In this document: positions 29,771-37,939 of the stretch, one piece after another
Numbering within the stretch: the first letter of the stretch is position 1
Layout: the number at the start of each line of letters is the position of its first letter
Assembly: GCA_027491415.1 (NCBI GenBank)
Contig: JAOZFH010000048.1
Location: 1 to 42,801, forward strand
Length of the DNA stretch: 42,801 nucleotides
Reading direction: 5' to 3'
DNA from: Thermoproteota archaeon
GTDB lineage: Archaea > Korarchaeota > Korarchaeia > Korarchaeales > Korarchaeaceae
Position numbers and translations under genes: made by a program
Notes under the pieces: model-generated
What the model saw: the letters and a program-made list of their open reading frames with translations, nothing else
Database searches by the model: none
Told to the model about the DNA's origin: nothing

Positions 29771-30571
29771 ATGGGCGCTCAAGAGGTCGTCGCGCTGCTG
29801 GTCGGGGTAGCCGCGGGCACCCTCGGCGGGCTCATCGGGACGGGCGGCTGCAGCGTGATGCTACCCATACTGGACTTCTACATGGGGCTGCCGCCGACGC
29901 TCGCGATCGGCACCACCCTCTTCGCGGTGATGTTCACAACGCTCTCCGGGGCCTACGGCCACCTCAGGATCAGGAATCTGGACCTCGGCACCACCGCGGT
30001 TATGGGCGGAGCGGGGACCGTCGGGGTGCTCATAGGGTCCTACATCTTCACCGGTATCGCTAGGACGAGGCTTAGCTTGCTCAACCTGATCTTGGGAGCC
30101 GTCTTCCTTCTGCCCGCCCTGAGGATGTTCTACGAGGGGATATCAGGACTCAGAGGTGCGTCGGTCTCAGCGAAGAGTGAGACGGAGGGGATCCCCGGGG
30201 CTGCAGCCCCGAAGGCCCTGTTTGGATTTGCGATAGGGGTGACGACCGGGCTGGTGGGCCTAGGGGGCGGGTACGCCCTCGTGCCGGGGATGATCTATCT
30301 GTTCCACGCGCCCGTCAAGCTGGCCATGGGGACGTCCCTCTCCACGATGATCCCCCTGGCGGTCGTTGGCGGACTGATCAAGCTGAGTCAGGGCTTCGTC
30401 AGGCTGGAGATAGGCCTTCCGCTGGCCGCTGGCACGGTCGTGGGGGCCCAGTTGGGAGCCAGGGCGATCAAGAGAGTCAGGCCGGCGACGCTGAAGGCGC
30501 TCTTCGGGGCGTACTTCCTGTACGTGTCCCTCAAGTACATCGCCTCTTACTTCGGCGTGAGGCTCTGGTGA
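29771..30571 (+). CDS. TauE/SafE (TSUP) family transporter, copy 1
   Basis: GTLGGLIGTGGC, AIGTTL, GLVGLGGGYALVP, AMGTSL, GAQLGA; about 8 TM helices. Confidence 0.92.
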   Translation: MGAQEVVALLVGVAAGTLGGLIGTGGCSVMLPILDFYMGLPPTLAIGTTLFAVMFTTLSGAYGHLRIRNLDLGTTAVMGGAGTVGVLIGSYIFTGIARTRLSLLNLILGAVFLLPALRMFYEGISGLRGASVSAKSETEGIPGAAAPKALFGFAIGVTTGLVGLGGGYALVPGMIYLFHAPVKLAMGTSLSTMIPLAVVGGLIKLSQGFVRLEIGLPLAAGTVVGAQLGARAIKRVRPATLKALFGAYFLYVSLKYIASYFGVRLW

Positions 30572-30622
30572 TCTCTTGAGAACGGGCTCTCCGACTCAGG
30601 GGCTCCAGCGGCCTCTCCCTCT

Positions 30623-30637
30623 GTTTCGTTTTGAAAC
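30623..30637. promoter_or_regulatory. Palindromic operator (site 2)
   Basis: GTTTC gtttt GAAAC ending 25 nt before the ATG of the Lrp-type regulator. Confidence 0.75.
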
Positions 30638-30662
30638 CAAAAGTTAGAATGATTATTACCAA

Positions 30663-31247
30663 ATGAGCAGCCCCGGAGGGGCCGTGAACTCGAGAGATCT
30701 GCGGCTAGTGGCCAGGCTCAGAGAGATCGGGATCCGGCGGGGCCGGTTCTCGCTGACTGAACTGGCGAGGGTCGAGGGAGTCACTCACGTGGCGGTCGGA
30801 AAGAGGCTAAGGAGGCTGATCGCGAGGGGAGAGTACAGGCTGGTTCCCGAGGTGAATCTGAGCAAGCTGGGCTACAAGGTCGCGCTGGTCAAGGTGGAGG
30901 TCCCGGGGTACGCCGAACTCGCCAAGCTCGAGGGTCTGTACGCGAAATGCCCTCGGACCATCTGGATGATGGAGTCGATGGGCAACTACAGCCTGATCAT
31001 ACTGATGTACGCCGAGAACGACGCGGTTCTCAAGAGCATCCTGTCCAGCTGCTCTGTGAGGACGAGGCCTGAAGTCAGGAAGTCGGAGGTGGAGGTCGGT
31101 GAGATAGTCGGTGGCTTCGCTCCGATTGTCCCGCCGGTCGGGGGCGAGCTCTCAGAAGCCCCCTGCGGTGTGTACTGCGCGGAGTGTCAAAGGTATGAGA
31201 GCGGGGACTGCAAGGGGTGTCCACTGACCGAACACTACCGCCCTTAA
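30663..31247 (+). CDS. Lrp/AsnC-family regulator with C-terminal Cys cluster
   Basis: SLTELARVEGVTHVAVGKRLRRL HTH, VNLSKLGY, RAM domain, tail PCGVYCAECQRYESGDCKGCP. Confidence 0.87.
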   Translation: MSSPGGAVNSRDLRLVARLREIGIRRGRFSLTELARVEGVTHVAVGKRLRRLIARGEYRLVPEVNLSKLGYKVALVKVEVPGYAELAKLEGLYAKCPRTIWMMESMGNYSLIILMYAENDAVLKSILSSCSVRTRPEVRKSEVEVGEIVGGFAPIVPPVGGELSEAPCGVYCAECQRYESGDCKGCPLTEHYRP

Positions 31248-31254
31248 CCTAGTG

Positions 31255-31269
31255 GTTTCACCTTGACAC
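31255..31269. promoter_or_regulatory. Palindromic operator (site 3, one mismatch)
   Basis: GTTTC acctt GACAC, 7-8 nt before TTTAAT. Confidence 0.65.
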
Positions 31270-31312
31270 TCCCCTCTTTAATGGCTCTGCTGACGGCTGA
31301 GTTGGCCCACTC

Positions 31313-32314
31313 ATGAAGGTGCTAACCGCCGACTTGGGCTCTGACGGGCTGAACCTGGCCCTTGACGAAGCTCTGCTGAGGAGGCTGGGATCCTCTAGCA
31401 GGGATCCCGTCGCCAGAATATACTCCGGTGAGGGATCCCTGGTCTTGGGGGCGAGAAGCGGTCTGTCGGCAGATCAGGTGAGGGCTCTGGAGCGCTCCGG
31501 CTTGTCCGTGCTGAGGAGGGCTTCTTCGGGAGATCCCTACATGATCGCCCCTGGGTGGGTCTCTCTCACGCTCGTTACGCCCTGCTCGCCGTCCGAGACT
31601 GCGTCGAAGACTTGTGAGAAGCTGTCAAGTCTGGCCTCAGACCTGCTCTCCGCCGCCGGATACGAACTAGACTTCGAGCAGGCCACAGGATCTGCTCGGC
31701 TGAATGGCTCGCGAGTGTTCATTGGAGGATTCGCCTTCTACAGGAGCGGAGCGATGCTCCAGGGCGGCCTGTGGGTAGGTGACGCTGAGCTTAGCTTTCC
31801 CATCTTCAGAGACGCGCGGAGCCTGTCTGAAGTCCTTGGAATCGCTGTAGAGACGAAAGTCGTCTTCGAGAGAATGGTAGAGGCTGCGAGGGAGCTGGGT
31901 TGGGAAGATGGTCGCGTCGAAGATGAGGACCTGAAGCTGGCGGACCTCCTCTGGAGGAAGAAGTACTCCAGCAGGGCTTGGATCGAGAGGAGCTTAGAGC
32001 CGCTGACGCTAAAGGACCTTCTCATAGAGCTTTACGTTGCCAATCCGCCCACGTCTATATGCAAGGAGTTTGCAAAGATTCTCTCTTCAGCTATCTCAGG
32101 GCTGGAGGACAGAGTGGAGGTCAGGATATGGAGGAGGGGGATGGGCCGCCCGCCGGGCGTGCCCGTCTCGGGCGGGCTCGTGAAGGCATCAAAGGAGTCT
32201 AGGATACCCGCGATAGTGATTAACGGCGAGCTGCTCTTCTACTGCCGACCGCCCGCCGTCGGAGACGTGAGGAAGGCTATACTCAAGAGGCTCCCTAGAG
32301 AGGAAGAGGACTAG
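31313..32314 (+). CDS. Degenerate lipoate-protein-ligase-like domain fused to a thioredoxin-like domain
   Basis: NLALDEALL, LVLG, VLRRASSGD, KYSSRAW; C-terminal IELYVANPPTSIC...IPAIVINGEL. Confidence 0.7.
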   Translation: MKVLTADLGSDGLNLALDEALLRRLGSSSRDPVARIYSGEGSLVLGARSGLSADQVRALERSGLSVLRRASSGDPYMIAPGWVSLTLVTPCSPSETASKTCEKLSSLASDLLSAAGYELDFEQATGSARLNGSRVFIGGFAFYRSGAMLQGGLWVGDAELSFPIFRDARSLSEVLGIAVETKVVFERMVEAARELGWEDGRVEDEDLKLADLLWRKKYSSRAWIERSLEPLTLKDLLIELYVANPPTSICKEFAKILSSAISGLEDRVEVRIWRRGMGRPPGVPVSGGLVKASKESRIPAIVINGELLFYCRPPAVGDVRKAILKRLPREEED

Positions 32315-33234
32315 AGCGGCCTGACCCCGCCGGATCGGGGATCGGAGGTGAGAGCATGCTCTATCGCCTCAGCCACGGCCCCGCCAGCCTCTCTAGCTTG
32401 AGGATAGTCTAGCCACTCCACTCGCCCGCCAGAGTGCACTATGGCTCCGATGGGACCCCCTCTCCCGACCAAGAGATGAACCCTAACGGATCCGTCCGAG
32501 CTAGTGCCCCAGTAGACCTCAAGCGGGCCGAGATCTCTCCTGCAGTACTTCGGCAGGAGGCTCTCGGCGAGCCTCACTTCCTCGGGAGTGAATTCTCCTT
32601 GGCGTGGCTGGAGCCCCAGGGAGAGCGCGACGCGATTCACTAGCAAAGATAGTAGCTCTGTTGGATCTACCTCTCGGCCCATCAGATCAGATACATTCGC
32701 TACAGGGGCCTTCGGCCTGGCTATGACGGCGTTCAGAGCCTCTAGATTGGTCGAGACCAGGAGCGTTCCGTGGTGGAGCAGACCCCCGTATAACATCGAT
32801 TGAGCCGTCCCCGACACTTTGAGGCCCCTAACCCAGACCCCCAAGTCGCAGAACTCGGGTTCTAAACCCATATCCCTCAAGAGGTCCGCTACTCCAGCCG
32901 AGAGCGTCCTGTACCTATCTTTAGCCTCTTCGGGAGCCGAGCGTCTGGGGACGATAACCGAGTATATGAGACAGCCTGGATCGAGATACACGGCCCCTCC
33001 ACCGCTCTCCCTCCGGACTAGGCGAATTCCCAGCTCTTCAACGGCCTGCAAGTCTACTTCTTTCAAGGTCTCGGGGTTGACGCCTATGACCACTGCCGGG
33101 CGGGCTCTCCAAGCGATTACCGTGGCCTCGGACTTACCCTCGCCCAAGAGGCGGAGAACGGCCTCTTCAAGGGCGAGCCCCCACGCAACGTCGATCGGAT
33201 TGCGGAGAATGATTGTCCTAATGCCGTCCCTCAT
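32311..33234 (-). CDS. Lipoate-protein ligase A family protein
   Basis: LALEEA, PAVVIG, VRRESGGGAVYLD, GLKVSGTAQ, LLHHGTLL; ATGA overlap with the upstream gene. Confidence 0.88.
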   Translation of the reverse strand: MRDGIRTIILRNPIDVAWGLALEEAVLRLLGEGKSEATVIAWRARPAVVIGVNPETLKEVDLQAVEELGIRLVRRESGGGAVYLDPGCLIYSVIVPRRSAPEEAKDRYRTLSAGVADLLRDMGLEPEFCDLGVWVRGLKVSGTAQSMLYGGLLHHGTLLVSTNLEALNAVIARPKAPVANVSDLMGREVDPTELLSLLVNRVALSLGLQPRQGEFTPEEVRLAESLLPKYCRRDLGPLEVYWGTSSDGSVRVHLLVGRGGPIGAIVHSGGRVEWLDYPQAREAGGAVAEAIEHALTSDPRSGGVRPL

Positions 33235-33992
33235 GCCGTTCGACCTCGCGGGTGGTAAGGGCATCTCTCACCCCAGCACTCGCCGTTGCGCTCACTGAAC
33301 ATGCATGCGCCCTCGAGATCTCTTAACACCACAGGTATGCCTATTTCTTCTCTGAGTATTGGCACCGCCACCTCCAGCGAGGCGTAGACGCTGGCCTTGC
33401 AGCACCTAGGGCCCCCGAGCCCAGCAATCCTCTTGAGGGCAGAGGCGGTCGTCTCCATGGCGAGAGACCTCTCCCTGTCTGACTTGTGGGTCGCTCCGGT
33501 GATCACGCTCACGATCACGCCAGCCCCTATAGCGGCGCCACACACGCCCAGAAGGCCGCACGCCGCATAGGGTATTGGCTTGAGTCTCGCGATAGCCCTC
33601 TTGATGTGAGACAGACTCAGCTCTGCTCCAGCGTTCTTGGCGGCCGCTAGGAGCGAGGCGGCCACTACGAGGTGATGTATCGGCCCGAAGAGATCCACGG
33701 CTGGGTGAGTGAAGATCCGGTCGGCTATTAGGGATGGGTCAGCTTCACTCGACCTGCTCGCGACCTTAAGCACGATCTCCTCGCCGCTCGCCAGCCTACA
33801 CTCCTCGCAGACGTAGTGGCCGTTAATGCACACGAAGTCGGCGGGCTCCCTCTTCCCGCAGTAGTAGCACTCCCACTCGCCGCTCGCTGGCTTAAGGGGG
33901 GCTCCACATATTGGGCAGGATGCCTCCCCGCTCGTCAGCCGGCTTAGGAGATCTCCTTTGTCTTCCATCTCCACGATCGGTTCTCGATCCAT
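33231..33992 (-). CDS. Cys-rich DUF5714-like protein with N-terminal Zn-ribbons
   Basis: CPICG, CYYCG, CINGHYVCEEC, GPIHH, ACGLLGVCGAA, GGPRCCK, C...NGECWGERCPY. Confidence 0.8.
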   Translation of the reverse strand: MDREPIVEMEDKGDLLSRLTSGEASCPICGAPLKPASGEWECYYCGKREPADFVCINGHYVCEECRLASGEEIVLKVASRSSEADPSLIADRIFTHPAVDLFGPIHHLVVAASLLAAAKNAGAELSLSHIKRAIARLKPIPYAACGLLGVCGAAIGAGVIVSVITGATHKSDRERSLAMETTASALKRIAGLGGPRCCKASVYASLEVAVPILREEIGIPVVLRDLEGACMFSERNGECWGERCPYHPRGRTA

Positions 33993-34103
33993 GGAAAAAG
34001 GTTTTGCAAAAAGTGGCGGCCGTCGAACTGCCTTCACAGCTTGCGCGAGCCGCCGCTTGCCGCCCCCATGGCCAGAGAGCGCCTATCAACTCCCGGAGTA
34101 GAT

Positions 34104-34134
34104 GTTTCAATATGTAACCATTTCAACATGAAAC
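34104..34134. promoter_or_regulatory. Tandem palindromic operators (sites 4 and 5) in a divergent promoter
   Basis: GTTTC aatat GTAAC (34104-34118) and ATTTC aacat GAAAC (34120-34134), 8 nt before TTTTTAA. Confidence 0.75.
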
Positions 34135-34179
34135 TCTCACACTTTTTAACAGACGTGTAGAGCTAACTAGGTGATCTCA

Positions 34180-34980
34180 ATGGAGCTCCTGTACGTCTTA
34201 GCGCTGCTAGTGGGTCTAGCTGCTGGTACTCTTGGAGGACTCATTGGCACTGGAGGCTGCAGCGTGATGCTCCCCATACTTCACTTCTACATGGGCCTCT
34301 CGTCCCCACTAGCAGTTGGCACCACGCTCTTCGCGGTCATATTCACGACGCTCTCCGGAGCCTACGGACACCTCAAGATCCGGAACCTAGACGCAAAGGC
34401 AACGGCCGTGATGGGTGGCGCCGGGACCCTGGGGGTCTTGTTGGGCTCGTACCTCTTCACCAAGATAACGCGCTCCCAGGTCGCTCTGCTCGATCTAATC
34501 CTCGGCTTAGTGTTCATCCTACCCTCCATAAGGATGCTCTATGAGGGCCTCAAGGGCATGCGCGGAGTTCCAGCCAAGGGCGAGAGCCAGCTTGACCACA
34601 TACCAGGGAGTTCCACGGCCAAGGCTGCCTTTGGTTTCGTCGTTGGGATAGCGACCGGCTTGGTCGGCCTGGGGGGAGGCTACGCGCTGGTTCCCGGCAT
34701 GATATACCTGTTCAACGCTCCCGTGAAGCTGACGATGGGCACCTCCCTCTCAACAATGATACCCCTCGCTGTCGTCGGCGGCTTGATCAAGCTCAAGCAG
34801 GGCTTCGTCGAAATGAGCGTGGGCGTTCCCCTAGCGATAGGGACGGTGATAGGAGCCCAGATGGGGGCCAGGGCCATCAAGAGGTTCAGGCCAGCCACGC
34901 TTAAGGCGATATTCGGGCTGTACTTCCTCTACGTGTCGCTGAAGTACGTAGCCGCCTACTTCGGAGTGAGGCTCTGGTAG
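34180..34980 (+). CDS. TauE/SafE family transporter, copy 2
   Basis: Same length and long identical protein blocks versus copy 1; ATG 34180 after AGGTGA. Confidence 0.92.
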   Translation: MELLYVLALLVGLAAGTLGGLIGTGGCSVMLPILHFYMGLSSPLAVGTTLFAVIFTTLSGAYGHLKIRNLDAKATAVMGGAGTLGVLLGSYLFTKITRSQVALLDLILGLVFILPSIRMLYEGLKGMRGVPAKGESQLDHIPGSSTAKAAFGFVVGIATGLVGLGGGYALVPGMIYLFNAPVKLTMGTSLSTMIPLAVVGGLIKLKQGFVEMSVGVPLAIGTVIGAQMGARAIKRFRPATLKAIFGLYFLYVSLKYVAAYFGVRLW

Positions 34981-34995
34981 CTCGCGCCTATCCTC

Positions 34996-35367
34996 TTACA
35001 GGATTGCTATGGCGTCGATCTCAACCAATGCTCCCTTGGGGAGCGATCCGAAAGCGATTGACCTGGCTGGAGGATCGCTGGGGAAGTACTTAGTGTAGAC
35101 CTCGTTAAACTTGCTGAACAGCTCGGGCTTGGCCAGAAAGGCCGTCACCTTGACCACGCTCTCCAGCGAGGAGCCCGCAGCCTCAAGGATAGACCTTAGG
35201 TTCTCTAAAGCCCTCTCCGTTTGGGCTGCTATGCCTTCTTTAAGCTCTCCCGACTTGGGGTCAATCCCGAGCTGCCCAGAGACGAAGACAAATCCTCCGG
35301 CCACGATAGCCTGAGAGTACGGCCCAATAGGCTTCGGAGCCTTCTCAGTCGTGACGACCCTGGCCAA
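34996..35367 (-). CDS. ridA: RidA/YjgF/UK114 enamine deaminase
   Basis: APKPIGPYSQA, VSGQLG, FNEVY, PPARS, LPKGALVEIDAIA. Confidence 0.95.
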   Translation of the reverse strand: MARVVTTEKAPKPIGPYSQAIVAGGFVFVSGQLGIDPKSGELKEGIAAQTERALENLRSILEAAGSSLESVVKVTAFLAKPELFSKFNEVYTKYFPSDPPARSIAFGSLPKGALVEIDAIAIL

Positions 35368-35553
35368 GAATCTCCACCCTCTGCCAGACGTTTAGAGGTC
35401 ACCTATATTCTTCCTTGTGCTGAGCGTCTCCCAGTAGATCAGAGGATCAGCAACTCGGGGATGGCTCCATACAGCATCCGACAATAATCCAGCGCCCTGG
35501 GGCGGGAGAGGTCAACTGAAGTTATTTGGTAAGAGGGGGCCGCGCACCCCACG

Positions 35554-36000
35554 ATGGAGCTGCTATCCCTAAACGCCTGCTCTCGCCTGTTGCGGGAGAA
35601 GAGGAGGCTGCTGATCTATGGAAAGTGTCTCGAGGTTGAGAGGCCAGGCCTCGTGGAGGGTCTGTCTGAGGGCAGGGTCGCAGTCTGGGCATGCCCGGAG
35701 AGAGACCACATCAACGTGATAGCGCTGAAGGTGGTCTCGATCATAGCCCGAGTAGACTTGGAGGAGGTGACTGTTGTGACTGTGGATGGGAGCCCCCACT
35801 GCGTCCAGCTGCACCACGCCGTGGAAGAGGCTATCAAGGTCACAAAAAGTGAAGACCTAAGCGTGAAGCACCTTGTGTGCCACGGAGACAAGCTCATTGA
35901 AGTCTCACCTCGTGCGGTTAAAGTGGCGAGGTACCTGAGCAAGGTGAAGAGTCTGCTGAGGTTAGAGGAAGAACGCAGGAGTTCTCTCGAGCGAGAGTAG
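35554..36000 (+). CDS. Conserved Cys-containing protein of the 4Fe-4S ferredoxin-associated type
   Basis: LLIYGKC, ACPERDH, TVDGSPHCVQLH, VKVARYLS. Confidence 0.7.
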   Translation: MELLSLNACSRLLREKRRLLIYGKCLEVERPGLVEGLSEGRVAVWACPERDHINVIALKVVSIIARVDLEEVTVVTVDGSPHCVQLHHAVEEAIKVTKSEDLSVKHLVCHGDKLIEVSPRAVKVARYLSKVKSLLRLEEERRSSLERE

Positions 36001-36158
36001 GAACGTGCGAGGGGCTTTCTACCCTCTTGGGATCAATGCCCGACTGACGGATACGGACACGATCCCCAAGTTGACACACTCCACGACTTCGCAACGTGTC
36101 TGAGAGCCGCCTCAGAGAGGCTAGAGAGGCCACAGGCGATAGAGGGGTCAATCTGACT

Positions 36159-36893
36159 TCAGTCCAGGAGGAGGCTGACGCAGGCCCACCACGTGAGGAA
36201 CGTCGTCAGGTAGCCGGCGATGGCTCTGTTGTCAAGCGGATCCCTCGATGTGGATGCGAAGGCGGCCCCGAGTCCAAAGAAGATCGCGGGAATGACGCCC
36301 AGGATCGAGCGCGGCCAGCTGAAGCTCACCCAGCTGCACGGCATCAGGGACATCGTGAGGAAGCCCAAGACGAAGGCTGCTAGGGGCCTGCCCTTGATCA
36401 CGCTGAACTGGGGGGCCAGGGACGCCACCGCGGGGAAGACGGGGAGCAGGGTGACCAGCTCGTAGGCCACGTCCAGGGGCTGGGGGAGGGAGGGGGATCC
36501 CCCCGGCGGGGCAGGCAGCAGGATGTCGAGCGTCCAGATCAAGGTGAAGCCCAGGGTCAGGGCGACTAGGAGGACGATCAGCCTCCACAGGTTCCTCAGC
36601 TCCCTGGGGCTGAGGGACTTGGCCAGCAGCCTGTCCTGCAGGAGCTGGAGGGCCGCTCCGAGCAGGGTCCAGAAGAGCGCTGACGACGGCACGTAGACGT
36701 AGGGAACCCTGAGGGCTGTGGGGAGGGGGCGGCTCAGGCGCCTCACCGAGAGTTCGTAGATCCAGTCCCCCAGCAGGACCCCGGGGATGTTTGCCGGGAT
36801 TATTGAGCAGACAGGGGTGCCCGACCACCAGACGCTCCAGGGGCCGACGACGAGTCCATAGAGCAGGAAGGCCAGGAGGATCCTCCGCCCCAA
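36159..36893 (-). CDS. Hypothetical multi-pass membrane protein
   Basis: About 7-8 hydrophobic segments; TATA-like GAAGGCTTAATA about 30 nt upstream of TTG 36893. Confidence 0.7.
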   Translation of the reverse strand: MGRRILLAFLLYGLVVGPWSVWWSGTPVCSIIPANIPGVLLGDWIYELSVRRLSRPLPTALRVPYVYVPSSALFWTLLGAALQLLQDRLLAKSLSPRELRNLWRLIVLLVALTLGFTLIWTLDILLPAPPGGSPSLPQPLDVAYELVTLLPVFPAVASLAPQFSVIKGRPLAAFVLGFLTMSLMPCSWVSFSWPRSILGVIPAIFFGLGAAFASTSRDPLDNRAIAGYLTTFLTWWACVSLLLD

Positions 36894-36966
36894 CGCGCCC
36901 CGCGACGAGGCGCCGTCGGAAGTATTAAGCCTTCTCTCCAATTCGACCTAACTCAATTTTTTATTC

Positions 36967-36983
36967 AAAAAAAAAAAAAAAAA
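36967..36983 (-). repeat. 17-nt homopolymer (T17 on minus strand), probable terminator
   Basis: A17 on the plus strand within an AT-rich patch. Confidence 0.7.
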
Positions 36984-37221
36984 GGAGGGGAGAGAACCTC
37001 CATTACGGAGTTCAAGGCACGTAGACGAAAGTCGCCCTCCCGTCATTGAACCAGGTGTGCCCGTGGCCTCCTATCCACTCTTATCTGTAGTCTTCATGAT
37101 TGTAGAAGGAGCAGCAGTCCCCGAATACCATGAGTACCTTTGCACGGGCTGGCTCGGCAAAGTCTCGCTCCGAATGCTCGGCTCCTCCCTCATTGGAGGG
37201 TAAGAAGACGCCCCTCAGCCC

Positions 37222-37537
37222 GGGCTGGAGGGGGAGATCGCCAGGCTGATATTGGCGATACTCGGTGCGAAGGGGTGGAGTTCGGAGCTGGCTTCAGGCT
37301 GGCATTCCTGCGGGGCGCAGGCAAGGCAAACGATCGGCGGTTCAGCTCCACCACGCGGCCGAAGAGGCCGCTAAGGTCACCTGCTTCGGCGAGGAGAGGG
37401 TGAGGCACCTCGTGGTTCACTCGGGGCGGCTCGTGTCTGTCTCTCCAAGGCCAAGGGCCGTCAAGGCCGCCAGATACCTCTCTAAGGTTCAGGGGCTCCT
37501 CCAGCAGATTGAGAGTAATTCACAGGCCCAGACGTGA
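37222..37537 (+). pseudogene. Chimeric remnant: internal aroC fragment joined to the 3' half of a paralog of 35554-36000
   Basis: 37222-37340 aligns with aroC 22222-22339 (1-nt deletion in the G-run); 37340-37537 encodes VQLHHAAEEA...VKAARYLSKV. Confidence 0.85.
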
Positions 37538-37563
37538 GTAGAACTCGGAGCAGACCGCTCAAC

Positions 37564-37875
37564 CTACCCGGCCTCGCGGCGCTCCCGAATGTACTTGACT
37601 ACATGGTAGGAGAGAAAGCCCCAGGTCGCGAAGTAGGCGATCAGCCCGACGGGGTTCAGCTCCAAGGCATCCTCTAGGTGCAGGTGGGCCGTGTGTATGT
37701 ATGCCCTGGTCGACCCACACAGCGGGCAAGGCTTCCCGGTCAGCTGCCTGTAAGGGCAGTTGAACCAGGGGAACGGAAGCTCCTCCTGACCCGGACTCAT
37801 GGGGACCAGTGTGGCGAAGGCCAGCAATCCGGCGGACAGCAGTATGAGCCACTTCCTCTGTCTCCAGGGGGACAT
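37564..37875 (-). CDS. DUF2752-like membrane protein
   Basis: CPYRQLTGKPCPLCGSTRA...ALELNP flanked by TM helices. Confidence 0.85.
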   Translation of the reverse strand: MSPWRQRKWLILLSAGLLAFATLVPMSPGQEELPFPWFNCPYRQLTGKPCPLCGSTRAYIHTAHLHLEDALELNPVGLIAYFATWGFLSYHVVKYIRERREAG

Positions 37876-37939
37876 CCGCCCTTCCGCCAGCCTGAAACGA
37901 TGGACAATAAAAAGAGGGGAAGGAGCGAGGACTCGACGC

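Noticed and set aside
36025-36078. Hairpin TTGGGATC...GATCCCCAA followed by ACA, considered an H/ACA RNA
   Set aside because: The K-turn is unconvincing, ACA is offset from the stem, and no rRNA target was recognised
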